64,000 nt of DNA from Callorhinchus milii (taxonomy: Eukaryota), in the NCBI RefSeq assembly GCF_018977255.1, contig NW_024704751.1, forward strand, positions 9,796,001 through 9,860,000, given 5' to 3'. Below, piece by piece: positions 1 through 11,100 of this stretch. The number at the start of each line of letters is the position of its first letter. Within the stretch, counting starts at the first letter, position 1. The notes beneath the pieces are model-generated. The model worked only from the letters and a program-made list of their open reading frames with translations. It did no database searches and was not told the origin of the DNA. Position numbers and translations under genes: made by a program.

Positions 1-289
1 AAAACATAAAAGTCACGACACTTCACGGTATATCCTGTGAAGCGCTTTGAGACGTCTCGAAGACTGTGATAAGGCGCCGTCTGAAACGCTGGGATCATCA
101 TTATTATTATTATTAATTTAACCTTTCCCCAAATATTCCCAGGGACACGGAGTCCGGCTGCATTGCTCCCACTGAGACCTGTGATCGCAGCCCAAGCATC
201 ACCACCCCAAGCTTTGCTCTTATGGAACGAGACACCGGGGAAAGCAGATTCCGTAGTTATTCCCTCCTTTATCCGATTCCGTCATTGTT

Positions 290-665
290 AATAATAATCC
301 TTGTATTTGGTACAGCGCCTTTATCACATCTTCGAGACGGATCAAAGAGCTTCGCGGTCTGTCCTGCGAAGTAAATTTGACTATTTTTCACGGGTGAAAC
401 GCAGCAGCCAATTGCTCACGGCTGTGCCCCACGAACGGTCGTGGATTGAGTGACCACTTTTTTGTTTGTGGTTCTGGTTGAAGGGATTATTACCCCCAGA
501 AACGCGATCCGCCAATCAAATAACAACCGGGTTCCAACCCGCCGCCAGGTTAGGTCCACAGAGCTCGGCGGAGTAAGGAAAGTTGCCCAACATTTCGCCC
601 GGCCCGGGATCGGACCCACGCTCTCTCGCTTGCGAGGCGAGTGCGCTGACCCCCCTACGCCACAG
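290..665 (-). mobile_element. tRNA-derived SINE (dominant family), near full length
   Basis: tRNA-like head, central GGGCACAGCCGTGAGCAATTGGCTGC Deu-like block, L2-like tail ending (ATT)n. Confidence 0.8.
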
Positions 666-1006
666 AAGGCCTCACACAGGACCCCGCCCAAAGCCACGAG
701 GGGAAACAGCTGGAGAACGAAGGGAGGGCGCTGCTCCATCCAGCTGTTTGGCTCGGGGACTATCCGTCAGGGAGGTGAAAGCGTTAGGAGAGTTACATGG
801 CACACGGCGACGGGCCGCTCGCTGGACTCTGCGCGCGGTTTCTCGGTGTGTGGGGGGGGGGGGGGGGGGTGCGGGGAGGGGGAGGTGGGCAGTGCCAACC
901 AACAGCCGAACGTGCAAAGGCCCCGCATCGAACGCGAGGATCATTATTACTGCAATTATTATTACTAATTATTAATTATGACCGGGAGAGGAGGTCCAGC
1001 TTTAAG

Positions 1007-1125
1007 AGGCGGGGTTTCTGGGGGAGGAGGAGGCGGGGTTTCGGGGGGAGGGGGCGGGGTTTCGGGGGCAGGGGGCGGGGTTTCGGGGGGGCGGGGCCAC
1101 GGGTGTCAATTTCTCGCGGGAAACT
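1007..1125 (+). promoter_or_regulatory. RAD51D proximal promoter: four GGCGGGGTTTC GC-box repeats and an E2F-like site
   Basis: About 21-24-nt repeated unit containing GGCGGG at 1007-1096. TTTCTCGCGGGAAA at 1110-1123 contains GCGGGAAA. About 340 nt upstream of the ATG. Confidence 0.5.
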
Positions 1126-1460
1126 GTAAGCAGCTGATCACCGGGTCTGGGGGGAGGGGGTCCCCGAGAGGGAACCACTGGAGGCGCCGCCACCGACACC
1201 GACACCGACTGGTTATTCCTGAGAGAGAGAGAGAGAGAGAGAGGGCTCTGACCTCAGCCCCGACCCCCGCGGCTGTCTGTCTGTCTGTCTGGAGGGAGAG
1301 AGAGAGGAGACGGGTGTTTCTCTGGGTGTCCTACACCCCCCCCCACACACACCCACACACACACACACACCCCACACACCCCCCCAACACACACATATAT
1401 ACACCACACCCACCGCCCCCCCCCACACACACCCACCCACACACCCCCCCCCCCCCCCCC

Positions 1461-1609
1461 ATGGTGATCCTCAGGGAGGGGATCTGTCCCGGAGTCACCG
1501 CGCAACTCGTTCAGGCTTTGAAAGGACAGAATGTGAAAACGGGTAAGTGTGACTCCAGCAGCTCCTCTCCCCCCTCCCCCCCCCCATTCCCCTCCCCCCT
1601 CCCCCCCCC

Positions 1610-1640
<31 letters not shown>

Positions 1641-4600
1641 CCCCCCACTCCCCCCTCCCCCCCAGTCAGTCATCCTGATCCTGAAAGCAGCCCAAACTAT
1701 CTCGAGTACTACTACTAATAATAACAGCAATCCTTGTGTTTGACACAGTGAGTCCTCCCTCAAATGGGATTGTGTCTTGTGTTGCAGTGGTGGACCTGGT
1801 GTCCTCGGACATTGAGGAGTTGGCTCGGAAATGCTCGGTGTCCTACAAGGTACTGGGGGTGGGGGGGGGTCATGTCTCGTGTCGCGCCTCCCCGCCCCAA
1901 GCCGCTGGAAAATCTGTCCCGGAAACACCCCCCCCCCTCCCCTTGCCAGTCTCAAGACCCTCCTCTTTGACCGCGCCTTCGGTCACCCTCTCACTCTTAC
2001 CTTCCCTGCCTCCTACCTCCTCCCTCCTCGTTCCAACTCCCGGCTCGGGTGCACGTCCCCGGATTGTCCAGCGCCTTGGGCCGTTCTCCCAACGCGAGCG
2101 GCGCCCTGTAATCTGCGATTACTGTCGCCTCGTTTCAGATGCTGGTCGCCGTGAGGCGCGTGCTGCTCGCGCAGTATTCTCCGTTCCCTTCCAACGGCGC
2201 GGACGTGTACGAGGAAGTTCTGGGCTCCACGGCAATCCTGTCCACAGGGAACAAGAAGTAGGTGATACCCGAACCCTCCCGTAAAGTCAGCCGCTCCTCA
2301 ACGCTGGTTACAAGTCCTGTAGTTTGGCGGTTAGGGCACTCGCCTCGCAGGCGAGAGGACCCGGTTCGATTCCCGGGCGGGGCAGGGCGAAACGTGAGGC
2401 GAGTTTCCTTACTCCACACGCCTCTGTTTACCCAGCAGTAAGTAGGAACCCTGTTGTGATAAGAGGACAGTAGGGTGGGTGGGCTCTGGAGGAATGAGAT
2501 GAAACGGGCTGAGGGCAAACTTCATCCCAATCCCTCGTGGTCTAGTACTGAAGCCAGAGCCTCAGTGTGTCTGTGATCAGCCTCTCTGACCATCCATCTG
2601 TCTTGGCCTCTGCAGCCTGGACAAACTGCTGGATTCGGGCCTTTACACCGGAGAGCTGACCGAGTTTGTGGGAGCTCCGGGCAGCGGGAAAACCCAGGTA
2701 AGGTCCCCTCTCTGCCCTGTCCCTGTGTGAGGCCCATTTAAAATGCAAATGACTGTACAATTGATCAGATCAGCTTGTGCAGATCACGCCTTAGGACCTT
2801 CCTCTTCGACCGTGCTTACAGTCACCTCTCTCTGGCTCAGCTTCAGGCTCCACCCGCTGCTGAGCTCTCCAGGACTCTCCCCTGCGTGAGGGGCGCTCTA
2901 TAATTGCAAGTTGATGTTTGTCCCCTTCTCCAGGTGTGCCTCAGTTTGGCAGTGAACATCTCGTGTGAGTTGAAGCAGAAGGTGGTGTACGTGGACTCGA
3001 CAGGGGGGCTGAGCGCCTCCCGCCTGCTGGAGCTGATTCAGAGCCAGGTGGACAGCGCGGAACAACAGGTAATAATCCTTCAAAAAAAAGCGTACTCACT
3101 GAATCCATGACTATGTGTGGGACACTGCTGTGCGCCATTGACTGCCGCATTTCGCCCACAAAATTAGTCAATCCACTTAACAGTATATCCTGTGAAGTGG
3201 TTTGAGACGTCTCAGTGGCAGTCAATGACAAATGCTAAGGTCATTATTGTTATTGTTGTTGTCTGTCTCCTAATCAGCGCCTTGGGACGTCCTCCCGACG
3301 TGAAAGGCGCTCGATAAATGGAATCTTGTTGTTGTTGTAATCCAGACCGATGCTCTTCAGAGGATCGAGGTGGTGCGTGTGTTTGATGTCTACGGGATGT
3401 TGGATGTTCTGCAGGACCTGAGGACAAGTTTCACACAGCAGGTGGGAGAGCGAGAGCGAGGAGTAAAGATGTATTTTCCGCTGGGGGTGGGTGTTTGGCC
3501 TATTGTGTTGGGGTCACAGGTAAAGGGGGAACGTGATTAAGTGGCCTTCATATCGTCAGCGTATGATAATAAATGCGATATTGTACTGATAATGGCTGTG
3601 AGAGAAAGAGAGAGAATGAGTGTCTGAGAGTAATTTAGGCACAAGAAAAGAGTGATGGGCTCTAGAGGGAGAAGTTGTGTGAGAAGGATAGATGCACAGG
3701 GGGAGAAAGGTAGGGAGAGAGAGACGGAGAGAGTTTGTGAGAAAGAGACTTTCCCGAGCTGGTGTGACAAGGCACTAGACGGGGTCTGACCTGCACTCAG
3801 TGGCTGGTAACGTGGTCGCTAACGACATGGCAGTAACACGCATGTGGTTGAGAGGGTCGTTGCATGGCATGACGTGATGTGTACTTGCTGTTTCTGCAGG
3901 TGACCGGCGCTCGGGCCTCGGTCAAAGCTGTGGTGATCGATTCGGTCTGTGCTGTCCTGTCCACGGTGTTGAGTGGCAGCCTGGCAGAAGGTGAGAGATG
4001 GTCTGAGTGTTCTGGTCTGCTCAGAATTCAAGGCATTGCTTTACTATGGTTGCACTATGCCAACACCTTGCATTTATAGTGTCTTTCACATAGGATAACA
4101 TCTTGGAGCGCTTTATAATGGTGGGGTCGGATGCCGGGGGGATTGGGAGTGGGGGTGGGTGGGAAGTGATGTTGACCATAGGTGCTGTCAAAGAGGTACT
4201 TCAAGTTATTGACCCTTTATCAAACAGGGTCAAAGTTGGACTGCTCCCACCTTGTTGCGAGCTCTGCTGCCTGGAGTCTGCCATTAATGCCTCTCTCTCC
4301 CTCCTTCCCTCCCTCTCTCAGGCATGGCTATCATGATGCAGCTGGCAAGAGCACTGAAGACTATGGCCAGAGAGCTGGGTGTCGCTGTGGTAGTGAGTAT
4401 AGAGCGAGGATAGAGATCAACAACTCGACTGCCGAAGCAGTCTTGGTTCAATGAGCATTCAAAGATGTTCAGTCCTGTAGCTTAGAGGTTAGAGCACTCA
4501 CCTCGCAAGTGAGACACATTCGGGTTCGATTCCCGGGCAGATCAGGACGAAACCTTAGGCAAGTTTCCTTACTCCACACGCCTTTGTTTACCTAGCAGTA

Positions 4601-5396
4601 AGTAGGAATCTGTTTGTTAGTCGATTGGCTGATTGCTTTTCCGGGGATAATAATCCCTTCAAAAAAATTAACTGCATGAATAACCCCCATAGGACAGTGT
4701 AGATTGATGAGACGTTTTCCCGTCTCTCAGGTGACGAATGGTGTGGTCCAGGACATGGGAGGAGGTGTGAAGCCTGCGCTGGGCCGCTCCTGGAGCTATG
4801 TCCCCAATGCCCGGGTCCTTCTACAGCGCGAGGCAGAGATGGGGAGCTTACAGGAGACCAAACGCTCAGCAACAGTGCTGAAATCATCCCGCCAGGTGAG
4901 TGAACAGCAGCGATGCTGCTTACAGGTGAGGGGCAGCCCAGACCCATGGGATGAAAGACTCGCATCCCAGCTGTGAACGGGGTTTGTGCGGTTGGAATCT
5001 GGTTTCTGAGTGTGTGGGGGCTTCAGCAGAAACAGCCATAAACTGACCAATTTGTCGAGTGAAGTCCATCAATGTATTGAATGGATTTTTTTTTAAGTTA
5101 ACAAAAATGTGTTTGAATCTGCTGAGCGGAGGAGCGGACAGGCAGGTACGTGGGGTTAGCAGGTCACTGAGGTAGGAGGAGCAAGGCCGTGGAGAGCTTC
5201 TATGGCTGTCACAATAGGTAACTAGCTATGGGGAGTGCTGGATTGTGTCCGAGAATAATTGGATTTTTAACCAAACATGATGCTGTTGTTCCTTTTTTTC
5301 TTAAACCAGCCGACCGGGCTCACAGCAGAGCTACACATTACCGGCAGTGGGACTCTAGAGAACCAAACAGCTACTGATGCCCTCGACAACACATAG
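1461..5396 (+). CDS. RAD51D: DNA repair protein RAD51 homolog 4 (RAD51D), 10 coding exons, 329 aa
   Basis: Exons 1461-1542, 1788-1849, 2139-2257, 2616-2697, 2934-3068, 3346-3441, 3900-3990, 4322-4392, 4731-4895, 5310-5396. All GT-AG and phase-consistent (990 nt). N-terminus [11 protein letters not shown], Walker A GAPGSGKT, Walker [19 protein letters not shown] motif. AATAAA at 5563-5568. Confidence 0.96.
2313..2455 (+). mobile_element. SINE 5' part (tRNA-like head)
   Basis: AGTCCTGTAG..GGTTCGATTCCCGGGC A/B boxes running into the SINE body. Confidence 0.8.
3540..3780 (-). mobile_element. Degenerate LINE reverse-transcriptase fragment
   Basis: Minus-strand ORF 3537..3770 ends ...[10 protein letters not shown] (YADD RT motif); lies in a RAD51D intron. 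Confidence 0.55.
4470..4670 (+). mobile_element. SINE 5' half
   Basis: Same head and CTGTTTACCTAGCAGTAAGTAGGAA-type block as other copies. Confidence 0.8.
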
Positions 5397-8104
5397 TAAC
5401 ACTCACCCAGCAGCGATGAAGCTCTGCATCTTCTGTAAATATAAGACAGAGAACTGGATATCAGGAGGAACAGGTCTAAAGAAAATAAGAACAGCATTAA
5501 TGAAGACGAGGCCAGCCCCCATCACTGACGTGTATGTGTCTACGTGTGCAGTACTGACTGAAAATAAAAAGGCTTTCATCTGCACACACTCATTTCTCTG
5601 GGTATCCACGATATCAAATTGGCCGTTCATCTTGTACCTGTTTGTGGGACTTTGCTGCATGGGGTGCCATCTTTTTGTGTACAAAAAGCTGCTGTAAAGT
5701 GCTTTGAGATGGTGATGTGAGAGACACTCGTGTTTTACACAGGACGAGTGAAGTGGCCCATCACAGGCGCAGTCGAAGAGGAGGGTCTTGAGACTGGCCT
5801 TGAAGGAGGCAAGGGAAGGAGCGAGGCAAAAATCAGGACAAAAGCTGAAACATCTCTCCCACCAGAGGACCCATAGTTAAGACAACTGCACAGACAATTG
5901 CTTGAGATCTACTCAGCAGCCAGCCCCCAGGTAGACCAGCTAACAACATCACACGGAACAAGAAGAGACAGAAACGATGGCAAACCATTCAGATTTTACT
6001 TAAAAAGATCTTAATAGAACAATAGATGAGAGAAGCAGTGTTCAAATCATCGTGACAACTAGCCCTTGAATGCTTACAAAGGAGCGATAATGAAAGCCGA
6101 GGCGCTGGTCAGTTTAAGCAAGTTCTCCAAGAATTTACATTAGTGCGGAACCTCCTTGCTGAGAAATTATGAGTTTACCGCTCAGCCACTCGAGCTTTAG
6201 GTATATAAAAAATACTGGGTCAGACTTTCCTTTTTAACCTATTTCACAATTCTCGTGTTCAGTCTCAGACACAAATCAGATAACCCAAGCAGAGGAAATG
6301 GAGCAAATGTTGTACCGAGCAATTCATTAATTGTGCTCCAGAAAAGACAAATCTATTAGAAAATGGGGAGTGAGGAGAAAGAGAAAAGTGATAAGAGTGC
6401 ACCAGAGACGCACACTATTAAAACACCATTAGGTTACTCACTTTGAAGGTCTACACATGCCTAAAAAGGTATTCACATCAAACCCAAAGAAAGTGGGAAG
6501 ACAAATAACAGCCACAAGAGTAATGAATGAGGAAAGGTCATTTGAACCAGCTTCATTCAACGCCCATGTGGTTTAAGCGATGAGATGCTATATAAATGCA
6601 AGCTGTTGTTGTAGTTTGACTTAACTTGTGTTTCAAAGTGCTTCACAGGTTATATTGTAAAGTGGATTGATTGTTTATTTTGAGGGTGAAAAGTTACAAA
6701 AGGTAATAGAATAAAACTCTAGAATACTGATCGTTTCTAGAATGGATACCTGGCCTGGTTTCCTCTATAATTACTCCCTCAAGACAATACCTTGCATTAT
6801 TCTGCATTGTCTGTAGCCCTCCAGACATTGTAGTACAAAAATCATTGTTCCTTGTGAAATATTTTATTTTCAGTCTCTCTATCCCCATTCTATTCATCTA
6901 CCCAATATATCCTCCAATACCCTTCATCCTCTCCACACTGGTGTCAAGCCCATACTTAGCCACCTGGTTTAGAAATTTATTGATAATCCTTACATTTGAT
7001 ATAGCACCTTTCCTGTCAGGAGGACATCCCAAAGCGCTTCACAAGATATACTGCAAAGTGTAGTGACTGGGTTTTGTGGGCAAGTGCAGCAGCAAAGTTG
7101 TGCACAGCAGTGTCCCACAAACAGCCATGAAGTGAATGACCAGTTTTATTGTGGGATTGTTGGCCAGGACACATCGGTTTTAAAATAAAGTTCCGTGATC
7201 TTTAATGGGTAGCTGAACAGGCAGACATGACCTTGGCTTAATATCTCATCCAAAGGAGTATCAACTACCTTTATAGAGATTCTGTGCAATCGCCGATGCA
7301 ATTCCTATGATCAGGATGCGTAGAAAACATGTTGGTAGGAAAAAGCATCTTTACCAACTGGTCTTGTCAAAAGCAGAGCTGGGCAGAGCAGTGTTCAGCA
7401 TGGTACTGCAGTAGAGACAGCAGCACTGACACAGGTCCACTTGACTTGAGCTGCTCTACATACTGGAAAAACTAGGTTTTAGAGTTTGTAAAGATTTGAT
7501 TCTCTTCTACGTTTCATGTGAGTCCAGTTTTCCTACTTTACTGACGATGTAGAGCAGCTCAGTCCAAGTCCCTTTTAAGTTGAGAGGCCAGTGATATGGA
7601 GAGGAGTTTGGGTTTCACAAGTCATTTAATTGGTTTATGGGTATTTCATACTTTGATTAATTAAAAGACAATATTATTGCAGAACATCTGGTGACTCCAG
7701 GTTAGTCAACATCAGAAACCACTGCTCCTCACCAAGCTGTTCTCTTAGGTTTCATTTCATTAGGTAGAGGCCAGTTCTGTGTCTGCATTGGAATGCAGGT
7801 CCTTGTGACCTATACTATAATACATGATCACCATACATAAATCCTCAATACACTCAACCTACCAGTGGGGGGGGGGGCGCTCAAAGCAGAGCAAACACAA
7901 TGCATTCATTCTCTTTTCAAAAGGCTGTCTCACTAAACAGTCTACAAACACATACGTGATACTGGGTACGCAATTATAATGTATGTACCCATTCCCATTC
8001 ACTCTCATGATATAGAAAGAAGTCAAATACATCTTTAATTGGGGATATGACAGCACCGATCTTTGCCTTTAGTGTGAGCTGCTGATTGGGTTTGCTCAAA
8101 CACG

Positions 8105-11100
8105 TCAGCACGGTGAAACCAGCCTTCTCTTCCTGATGCACTGCCAGATCCAATTCACTGAAACACGTTTGGCACACACGTTCTCCTTGACGTCACCGAT
8201 CACGTGCGTTGCTGTGGCCACGTCAAACTCTGGAACCAGGTCGCCGTTGTACGCCACAAAGTAGCGTCGGATTCTGCTGAAGTCTTGGGCTGATGCAGGC
8301 AAATAGAGCCTTACTCCTGTAAATATGTCCAGCAGCGTCTACAGAACAATAAACAGCAATTATTATCACCGTTCTGCATCTCATTTCAGCTTCATAGGCT
8401 CCAAAGATTTCTTGTGTTTTAAGACTGCCATCATAAAATTTTAGGTTTTTAGGAAAGTTCTTGAATTCATTCTTATTTTGGAAGCTGTCTTACTCCAGGT
8501 CAAAAAGATCAGTGAAGATAAGAACCAAAGAAATCTGCTGGCGAAAGAAGACCAAGATCCAACTAGTTCGCCTTCCACCATCCTGGCAGTTGCTTGACAT
8601 ATCATTATCGCAAACTATATACTCTACCCCGATTATTTCTCACTCTCTGCTGCCCTATCAGACATAATAGTGTATCAGACATACACCATTCAAGATAAAC
8701 CTCATCTGCCATTCCTTAGCTCATCTCTTACTTTATCCTCACTAATACTGGGCAAACTTTACAAGTCCTTTGTCTCCATATCATTTATTTATCATGTGTG
8801 CCCTGCAGAAAATCACCAGTACAGATCCCCCTAAATACCGCTCGGCACTTCCTTCTAGCCAGCGCTTTACTGTTTCCACTTTCCCTTGGTAAACCAGAAC
8901 AACAACTTGATTTATATAAGACCTTTTCACGTTGGGAGGATGTCCCAAGGCACTGAAATAGCTGCAAGCTTACAAGAAATAACTTGCGCCTCCACCACAA
9001 GTTGTAGCAGATCATTCACAACTATTAGAGAGACTATTCTGTGTTTGTACCTGATTTGGAGTAGGCGATGTGGTCGGACTGGAGAGCAAAGAGCCGTTAC
9101 TCTTTTCTGTCCCAGGCGATTTGATCTGGGGATGAAAACCAACACACAAACATTATAAAAGCCACCATTATTACCAGCTGGTAATAGAGGATCCATTTTA
9201 ATTGCGTTAGCTTAGGATCTTGAGTGAGGCCTAGGTCACCATAACAGAACCAATACTTCCAGCCCACAATTTCACCTGTGGCAAGTTCATATTTTCAACC
9301 AGACAATTGATAGATTCGGATAGTGAGAGCCATTTATATATTTAAAAAAAAATCATTTCACCTTATTTCCATTCTGTTCCACTCCTGGCAATTTCCGCTT
9401 CAACCCCTTTCTTGGCGTTGAATCTGAATTTTCAGGGGTAACCTTTTGGGATGTACTGCTGTTGGCTAGGGCGGTAAATGTTGAACAATTAGTGCTGTTT
9501 GCAGAACTTTTCTAGATATTAGATTTTAAGCTTCACGGGATACTATGCAAAGCCTGTGTTGAGAACAGGTGTTCTACACGTGTGTGCTGGAAGGCAAATA
9601 AGAGTCTTGAAAAAGTAAAACAAAAATCATCCTGTAAAGAGGCAACATGGCGAATGTTTTATTGAACACACATCCAAGATGGTGCCTCAACCTCAGAACA
9701 TCCTTGGTCACAGGAGCCTGACCTGACACCATGTACCTCACCTTTCTATATGCCACACCATGTGTCTCTGGCCTCTCAAAGAGTGAGATTGACAAATTAG
9801 AGGCATAGCAATTCTACCTAATCTCATCTCACAAGACTATGTGTCTTACAGACAACTCCACCACCCAAGGAGTTTTTCCTGGTGTCCTGGCAACAATCCT
9901 CATGGCTTTTTATGGGACTTTACCCCTTGAGCAAAATGGCTGCCACACCTGCCTGCAAATTACTATGGTAAACAATTACTGCAAAGCACTTTTAAGATGT
10001 TTCAAACAATACAGTATAAAAATGCAAGTTCTTTCTTTCGGACTGAGATTGTTCGGCCTCATCTCACTTGGACAGAGACGGAGAAAAGGAAAGGTCAATT
10101 GTATTGGAACTGGAGTCAAACACAGTTCCTCAAGCTGGAAACACAGCCATGCAACCCACTACAGCAATCCCTGTGTATTCACTGGACACACTTTGCTCAC
10201 CATCTTGGCTTTGACGTTTTTTCCATGGAGACTTTGAAGGCCCTTTGGAGCTGCCTGGGCTTGGTTTGGGAGTTGGTCCAGTCTCGCTGCTGCTAGTGCC
10301 ACCTGTACCCGATTCTTCCCCACCCCTGGCACAAGCTATGGCAATTTCAATATCAGACTTTTCCTTAGAAACCTTGTACAGTTCCTGCAACAACAACAAT
10401 GCAAGTGGTCCATCGGAATATAATAATAATTCTTGCATTTGATAAAGCGCCTTATCACATGGTTGAGACGTCTCAATTATTATTGTTTTATTTATTTTTG
10501 AAGGGATTATTACCTCTGGAACGCGATCCACCAATTGACTAACAACTGGATTCCTACTTAAACAGAGGCTTGTGGAATAAGGAAACTTGCCTATGGTTTT
10601 GGACTGCCTGGGAATCGAACCCAGGTCCTCTTGCTTGCGAGGCGAGTGCTCTAACTACTACGCTACAGGACTCAGTCTGTAGGATCCAGCTCCAGACTCA
10701 GTCTGGACAGTATACCTAGGGGAGAGATAAATAAATCATGTAATGGGCAGTGTGCTCACACCATGTACTGTCCCTGGTCCTTCCTGGTTTTACCTTGAGC
10801 TGAGGAAGGTTAGTTGCAGTTTGCCAGTCCTTGTCATCACGGATACGGGTGCATCGGGGGAAGCGGATCGAGATGCCATCTGCAGTGTGCGCCTCCGACT
10901 TAGAGAACTCTGCTCCCGTGATCTCCCACACTGGGGCAGTCTGTGCGTAGGAGAAGGCAACAGAGATTAACGTTGTGGAATTGCAGACCCACCTCGACAA
11001 CACAGCTCTGTCATTCTGTGTAACGAACCTCTTCAGGATCTCTACAGCGACAGTGCTGAGGCGAATGCTCTAACCACTACGTTACAAGTAAGGCAATGAG

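Noticed and set aside
978-1955. Gly/Pro-rich ORFs near the RAD51D start
   Set aside because: Arise from poly-G/C and dinucleotide tracts; the real CDS starts at 1461.
9466-9511. Longer 150-nt version of LIG3 exon 9362-9465
   Set aside because: The acceptor at 9512 gives the wrong phase and an early stop; the 9466 acceptor fits phase and has a CTAAT branch point.
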